DNA from: a virus | IMG/VR virus record: IMGVR_UViG_3300037246_002669 | Location: 1 to 64,000 of that record | Length of the DNA: 64,000 nt | Direction: 5' to 3' (one strand) | In this document: positions 1 to 9,399 of the stretch, one piece after another | Layout of the letters: every line of letters starts with the position of its first letter | Position numbering within the stretch: position 1 is the first letter of the stretch | The notes under the pieces: generated by a model | What the model was told of the DNA's origin: nothing | What the model saw: only the letters and a program-made list of their open reading frames with translations | The model's database searches: none | Program-made: the position numbers and the translations under genes

Positions 1-900
1 GTACGTGCACCATGTATGTGTCCTATATATACCCTTATGTATGTGTGTGTGTTTGTTGTTACCTATCCTCCAAATTTCATGTCGTGAATACCCTATGTAT
101 GCTATGCGTGTTCATGTGTTGTGTTGTGTATATGTAACATGTCCTACTCTCCAAATTTCATATGCGTGTAATGTATGCGTGCGCATGTGCATCAGTGTAA
201 TGCATTGACTTGATGCATGTTCATGCGTGTATGTGTTATGCACAATGCAGCGTATGCATGTGTTGTGTATGTAGTACGTGCATGTCCTATCCTCCAATTT
301 TCATATACGTGTAATGTATGCATGTGCATGTGCATGGGGGGTGGGTACTTGCGTGTAATGTATGCATGCACATGTTCATGTGTCATAGAGGGTAACGTGT
401 CATATAGTGCAATGCAGTATGCATGTGCATGGGGGTGGGTACTGATGCAGTATGATACCCAATAACCATAGGCTTATCGGTATGCATGTGCAGGTAGAGT
501 ACATGGTGTATGCAGCATAGGGGAGTAGGTACTGTGAGCATGTATGGTATATAAGGTAAGATTGTCCTACTCTCCAATTTCGTATGCGTTACGCAGTAAG
601 GTTGCCCATGTAGGGGGATTGGATAAAGCATGGGCAATGATCGTTACACGACACAAGGCAGTTGCGTAGGCCAGGGTAGGTACTTCGTAGTGTTGTTGTA
701 TATGTCACAGTGCAGTATAGGGGAGGATACTCGCCCAAATTCATGTATATCGTGTATGCGCATATGCGGTGAGATACTGTACTGTCCCTGCATAGCACTT
801 ACTGCATACGTAGGATCACTGCTCTTGCCTCCCAATTTTAGGGCGAGAATATGTGTAAATGTCACTGATATGCATTTCACTGCAAAACACTGGCATGAGC
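1..900. repeat. Non-coding, purine/pyrimidine-alternating low-complexity region with repeated CCTAYYCTCCAAWTT motif
   Basis: Copies of cctaYYctccaaWtt(t)cRt at 62-80, 143-161, 286-304, 566-583 (degenerate at ~728, ~828). 41-bp near-duplicate at 138-178/281-321. Background of tgca/tgta/tatg runs. ORFs here are compositionally spurious (C/M/V/H/Y-rich). Confidence 0.8.
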
Positions 901-1178
901 GTTCATGATACCGTTATTTTCGTGCAATTTATTGCAAATGGAGTGTAACCTATTGTAATCATTAGCCAACACACTCAGAAACTACTCTGTAGGCATGGTA
1001 CGGTTACCCTGGTGCATCGCATAACTTGTATGGGGTATAATGGGAACGTGGTCGCGGGAACGTTTGAGTGTTACTTAGGAGGGAATAGGTACCATGGCAT
1101 AGGGGCAACTGTGCCGGTACTTTGTGGCACTATATACCGATTAAGGGGGTTTATGTATTAGTAGCATCGTATGACTCA

Positions 1179-1661
1179 TCATGATTGTATCCTCCATCCT
1201 CGCCATTGTGCCTCCGTGACAAAGTTTAAGCAGTCCAGGAAGTGGGGGCACTCTCCGTACTTGGAACATCTGCCTGAACTTTTCCTCTCCACGATCCTGC
1301 ACCCATGGATCGTCACCGGTCCGACAATCTTGGACTTCTGATTTAGTACCTTGCCCCCCTGTAACCTGCCACAGTGTTGGCAACGGTACCGAACTTTACG
1401 CATTTCCTCGATGATTTCAGCACCCTTATCAATCGCATTTCGATACGTCTGAGCAGTAATGTTTCTTTCATCCCCACAGTCCGGGCATACTGCTTTGCAA
1501 CGCCGGGGAACTTTACCTGCATTGTTGCGCTTCATGCTACACGGCCCGCATATCACATTACGGGCATTGCCGTATTTCTTTAGCGCTTTTTTATACCCTT
1601 GTTTACTCTTCAGTGTCCTCTTCTTCTTACAGACAGGACACGACACTTGATAAGGCATCAT
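1179..1661 (-). CDS. Multi-CxxC zinc-finger protein
   Basis: CPVC, CGPC, CPDC, CQHC and a C-x4-C-x5-C tail. ATG at 1661 overlaps the upstream stop (ATGA). Confidence 0.7.
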   Translation of the reverse strand: MMPYQVSCPVCKKKRTLKSKQGYKKALKKYGNARNVICGPCSMKRNNAGKVPRRCKAVCPDCGDERNITAQTYRNAIDKGAEIIEEMRKVRYRCQHCGRLQGGKVLNQKSKIVGPVTIHGCRIVERKSSGRCSKYGECPHFLDCLNFVTEAQWRGWRIQS

Positions 1662-2095
1662 TCCTCCTTGTCCCGTCGGGCTTGCATTCGATGTTCCTTC
1701 AAAGACTCCCCAATTACGGACGGATAATAACTCCACCACATGACCTTCTCTCCGGGCAAATACAGCCTATCACCGGGCCGTTGCCAGACTCCACCACTAT
1801 CTCCCCTGTAATAAGCAAGCCGGTTGAGCGTCCCCCGGTCCGAAACTGTGACGACCGCAGCACTCCAGTGGTCCTGTGTCCCCTCCGGTTGTTCCTCGGA
1901 AGCCTTCTTCCATTCCGGCCGGTCACTGCCTTCCTCCCGAATGGCCCCCCTATCTTTCAGGTACTCGTGAAGTTCGTATGCTTTACACCAAACACAATAT
2001 CGTTTGTCGCCTAATCTCCTTGTGGCATCGTGTTCACACCCAATGGCGGCACAAAACTCACCCGACCGATACTGCCCTATTCTGGTATTCGTCAT
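1658..2095 (-). CDS. Hypothetical protein
   Basis: ORF with AAGGAG RBS; coupled to the downstream gene. Confidence 0.65.
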   Translation of the reverse strand: MTNTRIGQYRSGEFCAAIGCEHDATRRLGDKRYCVWCKAYELHEYLKDRGAIREEGSDRPEWKKASEEQPEGTQDHWSAAVVTVSDRGTLNRLAYYRGDSGGVWQRPGDRLYLPGEKVMWWSYYPSVIGESLKEHRMQARRDKEE

Positions 2096-2119
2096 TGCTC
2101 TCATCTCCTTTATTGAAAA

Positions 2120-2311
2120 CTACGGCAGCATAGCCCGTACAAGACAGTCCTGTGCTTCCAGCAGTTTCCGCATCCCTGCATCTTTCTCCATTCCGTTTGG
2201 CAAATCAATATCCATTTGAAGGGCAAGATCCACAATTGGCTTACTGATTGCCTGTAAATGGGGTGGTAAATGTTTATAGACAAAATACTGTAAAAGGGGA
2301 TGGGGTTTCAT
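2120..2311 (-). CDS. Small helical-hairpin protein, Acb2/Tad1-like sponge candidate
   Basis: FxYxHLPPHLQxxSKP...EKxAGxRKLLEAxDCxVRA, a recurrent small phage protein pattern. Function is inferred. Confidence 0.6.
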   Translation of the reverse strand: MKPHPLLQYFVYKHLPPHLQAISKPIVDLALQMDIDLPNGMEKDAGMRKLLEAQDCLVRAMLP

Positions 2312-2312
2312 T

Positions 2313-2756
2313 CTATGTCTCCTTGTCGGTATCCTTCATTCGTATTTCAGAGAGCAGTCCTACATTTCCTTTGCAACATACTCCGTACTTGGATGTGGTG
2401 GGGAGAGCAGGCCAGCCTTTTTTGTACTCTCGCAGTTCCGGATGCCGGTTAGTAAATAAAAAGAAAGCAGTCAGGCATACGTCAACCGCCTCTTTCATTA
2501 CCAGTTTGTCCGACTCATCGGTCCTGCCTTTTCTGGGGAATAAGACCGGGAACAACTCTGACAGTTCTTCTGCCAATTTCATCCAAATTATCTCCGGGGT
2601 TTGATCCTCCCACGGTCCGTAAGACTTTCCTTCGTCGTCATCGCCACTCGCCACATCCCGTCTCTGTAGTTTCAACTCCATTTCCTTCATGAACACCGCA
2701 AGAGAAGGACGAACAATTACCCCGTCAATCTCGATTCCTCTAACTTTGAAGCCCAT
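2313..2756 (-). CDS. MazG-like all-alpha nucleotide pyrophosphohydrolase-fold protein
   Basis: KLAEELSEL...KEAVDV (EExxE...ExxD) pattern; GGAGG RBS. Confidence 0.5.
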   Translation of the reverse strand: MGFKVRGIEIDGVIVRPSLAVFMKEMELKLQRRDVASGDDDEGKSYGPWEDQTPEIIWMKLAEELSELFPVLFPRKGRTDESDKLVMKEAVDVCLTAFFLFTNRHPELREYKKGWPALPTTSKYGVCCKGNVGLLSEIRMKDTDKET

Positions 2757-2856
2757 TCATACCTCCTGAAATAACATAGCATAGTCCTTCGGGCCGGGAG
2801 GATCTTTGCGACCTCCACAGATGCGTTCCCGGCCTTCGGACTCCTTTCGGTAAAGA

Positions 2857-3369
2857 CTACCCAGTGTAATACATTCCGTCACGGAATAACTCTATCGTTC
2901 GTTCCCTCCGATATGCAAGACCGTTACTTTTCTTCCCGCCCGCGTAGATCCATCTGCGCATCTCATGAGGAACAGCATCATAGCACGCGGCATTCACCCG
3001 CTGCAAAAGAGTACTATTCCGGAAGGCGGATCTTCCCACGTTGAAAGTGAAGATCACCAAAGCGTCAAACCGCCGTTGGCCCAGTAACTTCCAACCAGTG
3101 TAGCACCTGACGCAATCCTCATACCGGGCAAGATCATTTGAGAGCAAATCATAAGCTTCCTCCGAGGTGATTCCCCCGGAGCGGTAGTCTATGATATGCC
3201 CATTGGTGAGGATAATCTTTCCGGACCGCAGTTCACTTCGCGTCAGCAAGTGTCCTATCCCTATGGTAGGGCATCCCCCCTCATCCGGATAGACTGCAAG
3301 TTCGGTTCCTTCCAGTAGTGCAAGCATCCTCAGTCCGGTGGGACTTAACTTCATGGTGTTGTTGTCCAT
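2857..3369 (-). CDS. Endolysin, GH24 lysozyme
   Basis: LEG...YPD...PTIGIGHL catalytic triad region, FDALVIFTFNVG, STLL, RW...GL..RR..E. Confidence 0.92.
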   Translation of the reverse strand: MDNNTMKLSPTGLRMLALLEGTELAVYPDEGGCPTIGIGHLLTRSELRSGKIILTNGHIIDYRSGGITSEEAYDLLSNDLARYEDCVRCYTGWKLLGQRRFDALVIFTFNVGRSAFRNSTLLQRVNAACYDAVPHEMRRWIYAGGKKSNGLAYRRERTIELFRDGMYYTG

Positions 3370-3863
3370 TATTTACCTTTTCCTTTCCTGAATATATTAC
3401 CGATTCGAAGCAACCTGGACTTCCCTGTGAGATTCGGTGCTGGCTCACGAGGAGGTGAGATACTGGGTATCGCCACTGGGGAGATGAAATCGCCAGGAAC
3501 TGAAATAGGAGAATTTACCGCTGCACTATCTTCCTGTTCCCTCATATAATCATCCATTTCCTCCAACAAGGATCGCACTATATCTACCAGCAAAGATAAA
3601 ACGGAATCAGTGGAGTTCTGAAGTCCTGAGTATCCTTCAAGATACTCTTTTGTCACCCACCGATGCATCCTTGGCATCCGCCGTTCAGGGTGAGAGGTAC
3701 TTAAAGTGCGATAGTTCTGCTTCTCTACCGTAATGAGATACCGGCGACTGGCGATGTCGTAGTGCGCACCAGCCTTTATTCCCGACTCATCAGGAGGGAG
3801 GCCGGTCGCGCGCATGACAACTTCCCTCATCATATCAGAAGGGATCGACCTACTCGTAGCCAC
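3369..3863 (-). CDS. Hypothetical protein
   Basis: 164-aa ORF in operon, stop/start coupled. Confidence 0.6.
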   Translation of the reverse strand: MATSRSIPSDMMREVVMRATGLPPDESGIKAGAHYDIASRRYLITVEKQNYRTLSTSHPERRMPRMHRWVTKEYLEGYSGLQNSTDSVLSLLVDIVRSLLEEMDDYMREQEDSAAVNSPISVPGDFISPVAIPSISPPREPAPNLTGKSRLLRIGNIFRKGKGK

Positions 3864-4233
3864 GATACTTCCTCACTTCCCTGGGAGGATAGCCATCTTC
3901 CCGTAAATACCATGGGGGTACCGGGCCGCAGTGTAAAAGTCTTGTGAGGTAAACTGCCCGTCTAAGCAATTTGTAAGTAGCGAATCCTCCTGCAATTTGC
4001 AAGTTATTGCAAATCTTGCGTTTCTCCTTGTACGTGTATCCCTCAGACTCCATTTTGAACACGAAGATGACGATTGTCTCCCATGAGTCAGGAGTGGTCC
4101 AGTTCTTCAGCCTCTCCTCTCTGTCCTTCTTCGCCCTCTTGATTCCCTGTTTAATCCTTTTCTTGGTGGACTTTGCCTCCAGCCGTTTCTTCAGACCGGG
4201 AACCTTCTCTTTCTTTCTCTTCTGTTTAGCCAC
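3850..4233 (-). CDS. Basic hypothetical protein
   Basis: GTG start at 4233 after GGAGGTG RBS; Lys/Arg-rich N-terminus. Confidence 0.6.
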   Translation of the reverse strand: MAKQKRKKEKVPGLKKRLEAKSTKKRIKQGIKRAKKDREERLKNWTTPDSWETIVIFVFKMESEGYTYKEKRKICNNLQIAGGFATYKLLRRAVYLTRLLHCGPVPPWYLREDGYPPREVRKYRGYE

Positions 4234-4252
4234 GCCGTCACCTCCTCGTTGA

Positions 4253-4558
4253 TTAAAGCATATTAAGGATACGTTCCCTGTCCTCGAACTCCTGCCGTTT
4301 GAACCAGACGACTGCAGCGGCCAGTGCAATCTCCAGTTCCTTATCCTTGCGGTCGTGCATACCTTTGCCTACCATTTTGACCAGTGCCCTTCTTGCGGCC
4401 AGCAAATCGGAACCTGCGCATTCCCTGATATTGTTCAATTCCCCCTTACCGCCTGCAGTTTCGAATGTCTGCTTGAGTTTTTCGATGAAAACTGCTGCCA
4501 ACTTGCGGACATCCCTTACATGGTCCTGATTGTGGTGTGTTATTTTGGGTCTTGGCAT
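4253..4558 (-). CDS. Hypothetical protein
   Basis: GGAGGG RBS, 101 aa. Confidence 0.6.
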   Translation of the reverse strand: MPRPKITHHNQDHVRDVRKLAAVFIEKLKQTFETAGGKGELNNIRECAGSDLLAARRALVKMVGKGMHDRKDKELEIALAAAVVWFKRQEFEDRERILNML

Positions 4559-4628
4559 TTGTTCCCTCCATTATGGTCCTGATTGTGAGTATAATGTACA
4601 ACCCCCACTATGTAATTTCAAACAGGAG

Positions 4629-7600
4629 TTACCGCCCGCCGCGAATACGTAGTTTCCGCCCGCTTCCCCGATTAAGGGATAGCCGACCTCCTCCTGCTTT
4701 GCCTCGACGTACTGCTCGTACTGGTTTCCCGAACGAAGCCAATCTGGTCTTCATGGTATGGGTTATCCCTGCCAGCGCATCCGAAACATCTTTGGTACCT
4801 CCTGGCGGGTGTTCAATTTTTTTTCCGTTATGGACGATTTCTCGAAGTTCCTTAGAAGCAGTGGCGTGCCGTGGAAGCAGAATGCGCTTATCTTTGATAC
4901 TATTCTTCACTTCCGCGTAAGGATCTACGGAGGTATCCACCGACAAAATCCCAGACTTTATCCGAGACTTTCGCCACGACTGCAGCATCATTGTGGACTG
5001 GAAACTATCCGCAGTTGCAAACTTCAAATTCATGATCCCCCGAAGGTAAAGTACCAGATCGCGCACTAACTCCAGATCAATTTCACCATTGGGGGGAGCA
5101 TTGAGACGGAGCAGCCCATCTACTGTGTAAATTGGCACCCGGGCATCTCTGATCTCCACAAAATCATTCCGTTTGTGGTCATAATATCGGGAGGGAGGCA
5201 GCAACTTATACCCTGAGATATGGCCTATACCGAACCCCGCAGCATCTCCAGTTACTCCAACGTCCACATGGGATGCAAACTCAATCGCAGGGTCCATTAT
5301 GTGATCATTGATGTAATCAATATTGACTAATTGGTCCCACACTGGATGGTCCGGATCACCTCCAGTTATGAGATCAATCACACACTCTTCGACAGTGAAA
5401 AGTGACTGCCCTTCAAACAGTTTTTCGTGTTCCTCTTGTGCCCATTGAATCTCTTCTCGGTAGGGAATAAATGGACTCTTGATACCTGCCGCAATCCCCG
5501 CGAAATCTCGGAGGGCATCCTCGATATTGCGTTCGAAGTCTGTCTTGTATTCCGTGGGAACCTCGATGACATCCTCCAGGTCAATCGCCTCTTCGCGAGT
5601 ATCAATGACTCGTGAGCGTTTTGCCTCGTTGCCAACTTCGACCAGGAACTTTTCCCCGCAGAACCTGTCAGCAGGAAGTGCCTCCCATTGGGACATTTTC
5701 ATGATAAAAATATTGGTCTTTCCGTTCTTACGAACTTCACTTGCAGCCTCTTCAATTTTTCTGGCAGTGAAATCCTCGGTGTGATTGACCGACGACACCA
5801 AAAGCAATTTCCCGGGCAGTTTTCCCTTCTGCTGGAAACGAGATTTCATTCGCCGAATCAATTGCATATAAACCTGTTCCGCTTGATCATAATCCGAGTC
5901 TCGGCGGTGCGCCGCTTTTTTTGAGTCCGTGGTGGTCGCCATGAAGTTCATCTCATCAATTGCGCCCCCGAAAACATTCATACCGATGGCTGCTGTATCG
6001 GCACCACCAACCGGGAGCACTTCTATATTCTTGGGAAACCGAAGTTCACTTTTGACCTTTGGGTCAAATGGAAAATGTTTTGCGAAGTAAGGACTCAACT
6101 TCAGACGGGCACAGAACTGGGTGAAAACAACCTTTTTTGCCAGTCGCTCACTGAGAGATTGCTGGATAAAAATGATAGAAGAACCTGGAGCCAAATCAAA
6201 CTCAATTTGGGGGTTGAAATAGGTACTAAGAGTGTACAGCATGTACCCCATTGCCATATCTGTGAAAAAGTTTTTACCTATCCCGATTGCCCCCGTATTC
6301 CGAGAACATACTGAATTTATTACGTATTCACTCTCTCCGAACGTTTGAATCATGAAGACACCGGGGCCGTCTACGGTCAGGCAGTACACGTCCTCTTCGT
6401 ATCCAAGGCACTCGACTTTCGCCACCACGTGGTTGCGGCCTTTATGTTTTTGCTTTGGAGATAACGGCATGTGGGTATCCCGGAACTCCTTGAAGGTCAG
6501 GCCTACTTGCTTCAGGAGACTATAAACCTTCGTCACCGAACAACCTAATGCGGCAGGCAGGTCTTTGAATACCCGGCACTGGGCAGCAGTTTCGAACAGA
6601 TCATCAGTGGTGATGTCATCTCGTTTATTCGGGTGTGTTTCGTTTACCTTGTGCATCCTATCAGCGCGAGCTATTTTCTCTTGGGTTCCTTCCTCCGAAT
6701 TCCAGTACTGATTTGCGTAGAAGGAAGCATGTCCAGAGTTATTCAGTTTGATCATTCTTTTGGACGCCTCAACTCGCTGGTTTGGATCATTCCACCGGAG
6801 GCACTTTCTTGCGTTCCGGGCAGCTATTACTGACCTCTCCTCCAGTGGTCGTGCGTTGTAATCGCCAATTGCCTTCAACGACTGGCACATGTGCATTTTC
6901 TTGTGATCAGGAATCCAGTACCAATCCATATTGGCGGGACTGTTGTTCAGGGAGTTGAAGTCTTCGTGATGGATGTCATATCCCTTTATGCGAGACTCCC
7001 CAGTGAGGTGCCTCATAACTGTTTTGTGAACGAACTCCCCCTTTCCTCCTTTCTGCCGGTGAACTTCCCTAAGATAGTAACTGCCCTGTTTGTTCGTTTT
7101 TTCCCGATTTGCATAGAATGAGGCCAGTCTGTCCCCGGATTGAAGGTTTTGTATCTGAACTTTCTCCCCATCGGTGTTAATGAACTGGTGACGTGCATTT
7201 CCTTTGACATGGGTTCCGTCTGTGAAGGTGACCCTCCAAATCTCATCAACTCCGGTCTTATGAGGGAGCCTTCCTTGCGCCGGGACCATCTCGCCCTGAA
7301 GATAGGAATACAGCCAAAACTCTTCTCCTTCTGGGATGGTTTCGGACAACTCCTTCAGTGTAGGCATGCTGCCGTCCAGCAACGGAACTACAGTGTCACC
7401 GGTCAGGCACAAGACTGCTTCCACATAATCCTGTTCTGGCTCATGGAACAGCCGCCACAACTCCTCTTTAATGGCCGGTCGGATATATCCTTTTTGTGCG
7501 AAAAATTCCTTACTCTCGGCAAACTCAATTACGTCCACAACACGCTTCACCCATCGGCCCCTTTGTTGTGTCAGGAAGGACGCATCTTTGGACTCCACAG

Positions 7601-7814
7601 CTTTTGCGAAATTGGAGATAAAGTTAAGGATATCTTCTTGGTTGAAGTATTTTTTTCCTTTGATCTTGAAGGTAGGGCAGGCTTTAACCATCCATTCCAG
7701 AAACCCTGCTTCTTGCTTTGACATACCCATCTGATGAACTGCCTTCGCCATACTGAGAAGGGCAGCATTGTAAGGGACTATATGCATCGACGATTTGTTA
7801 ATCATGAGCATCAT
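4629..7814 (-). CDS. terL: Terminase large subunit, intein-containing
   Basis: Walker A (T)GAIGIGKN, Walker B GAIDEM, LLVSS, nuclease HVDVGVTGD, ADSFQS, EHPPGGTKDVSDA; next to TerS. Confidence 0.92.
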   Translation of the reverse strand: MMLMINKSSMHIVPYNAALLSMAKAVHQMGMSKQEAGFLEWMVKACPTFKIKGKKYFNQEDILNFISNFAKAVESKDASFLTQQRGRWVKRVVDVIEFAESKEFFAQKGYIRPAIKEELWRLFHEPEQDYVEAVLCLTGDTVVPLLDGSMPTLKELSETIPEGEEFWLYSYLQGEMVPAQGRLPHKTGVDEIWRVTFTDGTHVKGNARHQFINTDGEKVQIQNLQSGDRLASFYANREKTNKQGSYYLREVHRQKGGKGEFVHKTVMRHLTGESRIKGYDIHHEDFNSLNNSPANMDWYWIPDHKKMHMCQSLKAIGDYNARPLEERSVIAARNARKCLRWNDPNQRVEASKRMIKLNNSGHASFYANQYWNSEEGTQEKIARADRMHKVNETHPNKRDDITTDDLFETAAQCRVFKDLPAALGCSVTKVYSLLKQVGLTFKEFRDTHMPLSPKQKHKGRNHVVAKVECLGYEEDVYCLTVDGPGVFMIQTFGESEYVINSVCSRNTGAIGIGKNFFTDMAMGYMLYTLSTYFNPQIEFDLAPGSSIIFIQQSLSERLAKKVVFTQFCARLKLSPYFAKHFPFDPKVKSELRFPKNIEVLPVGGADTAAIGMNVFGGAIDEMNFMATTTDSKKAAHRRDSDYDQAEQVYMQLIRRMKSRFQQKGKLPGKLLLVSSVNHTEDFTARKIEEAASEVRKNGKTNIFIMKMSQWEALPADRFCGEKFLVEVGNEAKRSRVIDTREEAIDLEDVIEVPTEYKTDFERNIEDALRDFAGIAAGIKSPFIPYREEIQWAQEEHEKLFEGQSLFTVEECVIDLITGGDPDHPVWDQLVNIDYINDHIMDPAIEFASHVDVGVTGDAAGFGIGHISGYKLLPPSRYYDHKRNDFVEIRDARVPIYTVDGLLRLNAPPNGEIDLELVRDLVLYLRGIMNLKFATADSFQSTMMLQSWRKSRIKSGILSVDTSVDPYAEVKNSIKDKRILLPRHATASKELREIVHNGKKIEHPPGGTKDVSDALAGITHTMKTRLASFGKPVRAVRRGKAGGGRLSLNRGSGRKLRIRGGR
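6297..7409 (-). mobile_element. Intein (371 aa) with HNH-type homing endonuclease in terL
   Basis: Begins CLTGDTVV, has block B (KGNARHQF), HNH-like IHHEDFNSLNN, block F (EDVYCLTV), ends SRN followed by Thr(+1) just before Walker A. Confidence 0.9.
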
Positions 7815-8550
7815 CCTCCATGTCTACTATTTCCCCGTCGAGGACATACACGCCTGTTTCAGGGTCGTACTCTAATGTCGTAGTAGCTTCCTCGATTAGC
7901 CCTGCCAAATTGTTAGCTGCAGCTACCATAATAGAACCGCGTTCGCCTATCTGTTCCATTACACCGGAAAAGGTACTGTGAATGGTGAGGGTGTGTTCAC
8001 TTGGTTTGGAGTCCAGGATACCCAACTCGATCTGTAGTTTGGTGTACTGATCCAGGGAATCCACTAATGCCTTGAAGACTGTATCTGTCTGTTTCAACGG
8101 CATCTTCATCTGCTTTTCTTTTTCCCTCAACATCACGAATCGGTCAGTCTGTTCCTCTATGAGCCACGCCATCCTCCCCAGACTGTCCAACTTCTCGGAA
8201 ACCCGTTTGGCCCTTCCATTCAAATCGGTTGACTTACTCTCCCCGCCCGCCTTTTCCATCGCCTGATTTGCCAACTGAATCTCGGGTAGAATTTTGGTTT
8301 TGAAATCCCTCAAAGGTCTTGCCAGCGACTTCGCTGAGGCACCACTTACGCCCCACTCTGTCATGGCAATTTTGGCTATGTGGGACGCAGACTGCCCCCG
8401 TCTCAGTCGGTAAAACACTTCGGCAAGTTGTTTGTCTGAGAGATGTTTTAACCATGATCCCCTCGTTTTCTTGGGAGTAACTGCGATCCGCAACTTTTTC
8501 AGTAGAGTTTTTGCAGCCTCGGACACGTCCCCTTCGATGGTACTGGCCAT
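7798..8550 (-). CDS. Terminase small subunit (DUF3486/Mu gp27-like)
   Basis: N-terminal HTH-like segment plus coiled coil, directly upstream of terL. Confidence 0.65.
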   Translation of the reverse strand: MASTIEGDVSEAAKTLLKKLRIAVTPKKTRGSWLKHLSDKQLAEVFYRLRRGQSASHIAKIAMTEWGVSGASAKSLARPLRDFKTKILPEIQLANQAMEKAGGESKSTDLNGRAKRVSEKLDSLGRMAWLIEEQTDRFVMLREKEKQMKMPLKQTDTVFKALVDSLDQYTKLQIELGILDSKPSEHTLTIHSTFSGVMEQIGERGSIMVAAANNLAGLIEEATTTLEYDPETGVYVLDGEIVDMEDDAHD

Positions 8551-8553
8551 AGG

Positions 8554-9390
8554 TTACTCCTCCCCGAATATCTCTTCGTAAGAATCAGAATCATGAGTTG
8601 GGGGCAACTCCACCTGTTCCGCTTCGTCAAGTGTATCGCGGAACCGTTCGATGAAGCCGGGAGCATCCAACTTTGCAATAAATTGCAAAATTACGGAATC
8701 CATTGTCACTCCCTCGGCGAGGCATGTCCGGCCAAACTCCAGTACACGTTTGTAGTCATTGCGTCCAGCCATTTTAACCCATATGTGGTCCTTCCCCCCA
8801 AAATCTAAAACCATGAAATGAGCAGGAAGGGTGTCTCCGTACCTTGTAAACAGCCGATTAAGAATATTGGTCAAATCGTCCACCGTCTTGATGGCATCCT
8901 TCGCCCGGTCGAACTCCTTCTTCATGCCACTATCTGGGAGAGATTCCCTTGCACTGGCTATCATTCCTTCCAACTCTGACGCGTCCGAATAAGCGAGCCC
9001 GGCAGCAACTTCCTCTATGGATCGGTTTTCCATGAGGTGATTTACCATGCCCATAAGTTTCTTCTGGTTCGTGGTGCCCTTGATCTTGTTCATCCTGACA
9101 GTTTGGAACATCTGTTCGTCAATGTCGATGTCTCGGATGATACAGGGCAACTCCTGTTCCTCCAGAAACTCCATGGCAAGAAATCTATGCTCCCCATCGA
9201 TGATACTGTACTCGAATCCATCCGGTGAATTTTCCAGCGGAGCGACCAACACCGGTTGTACAAATCCCAGGTCCTCGAAATTCCCTACAAGAAAATCGAA
9301 TTCCTCGTTCCTCATCTCGTTAGGGTTCCAATCATTGGGCCTGATTTTATCTATACGGATCATCACTATTTCCGGCATTTCTATTGGCAT
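8554..9390 (-). CDS. ParB/Srx N-terminal domain protein
   Basis: IRPNDWNPNEM...GFVQPVLV...IIDGEHR...MNKIKG ParB-N signature. Confidence 0.88.
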   Translation of the reverse strand: MPIEMPEIVMIRIDKIRPNDWNPNEMRNEEFDFLVGNFEDLGFVQPVLVAPLENSPDGFEYSIIDGEHRFLAMEFLEEQELPCIIRDIDIDEQMFQTVRMNKIKGTTNQKKLMGMVNHLMENRSIEEVAAGLAYSDASELEGMIASARESLPDSGMKKEFDRAKDAIKTVDDLTNILNRLFTRYGDTLPAHFMVLDFGGKDHIWVKMAGRNDYKRVLEFGRTCLAEGVTMDSVILQFIAKLDAPGFIERFRDTLDEAEQVELPPTHDSDSYEEIFGEE

Positions 9391-9399
9391 GTTTCCCCC

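Noticed and set aside
62-583. Repeats resembling a CRISPR array
   Set aside because: Spacing is irregular (about 60, 125, 260 bp), repeats are degenerate, spacers are low-complexity, and there is no cas operon.
5-908. Cys/His/Met-rich ORFs at the window start
   Set aside because: By-products of RY-alternating sequence; they overlap in several frames and have no RBS.
2783-2842. c-di-GMP-I riboswitch (GCAAAG...CCGGCC resemblance)
   Set aside because: The upstream GGCAAAC/GNRA stem expected for that family is not evident; kept only as a generic structured element.
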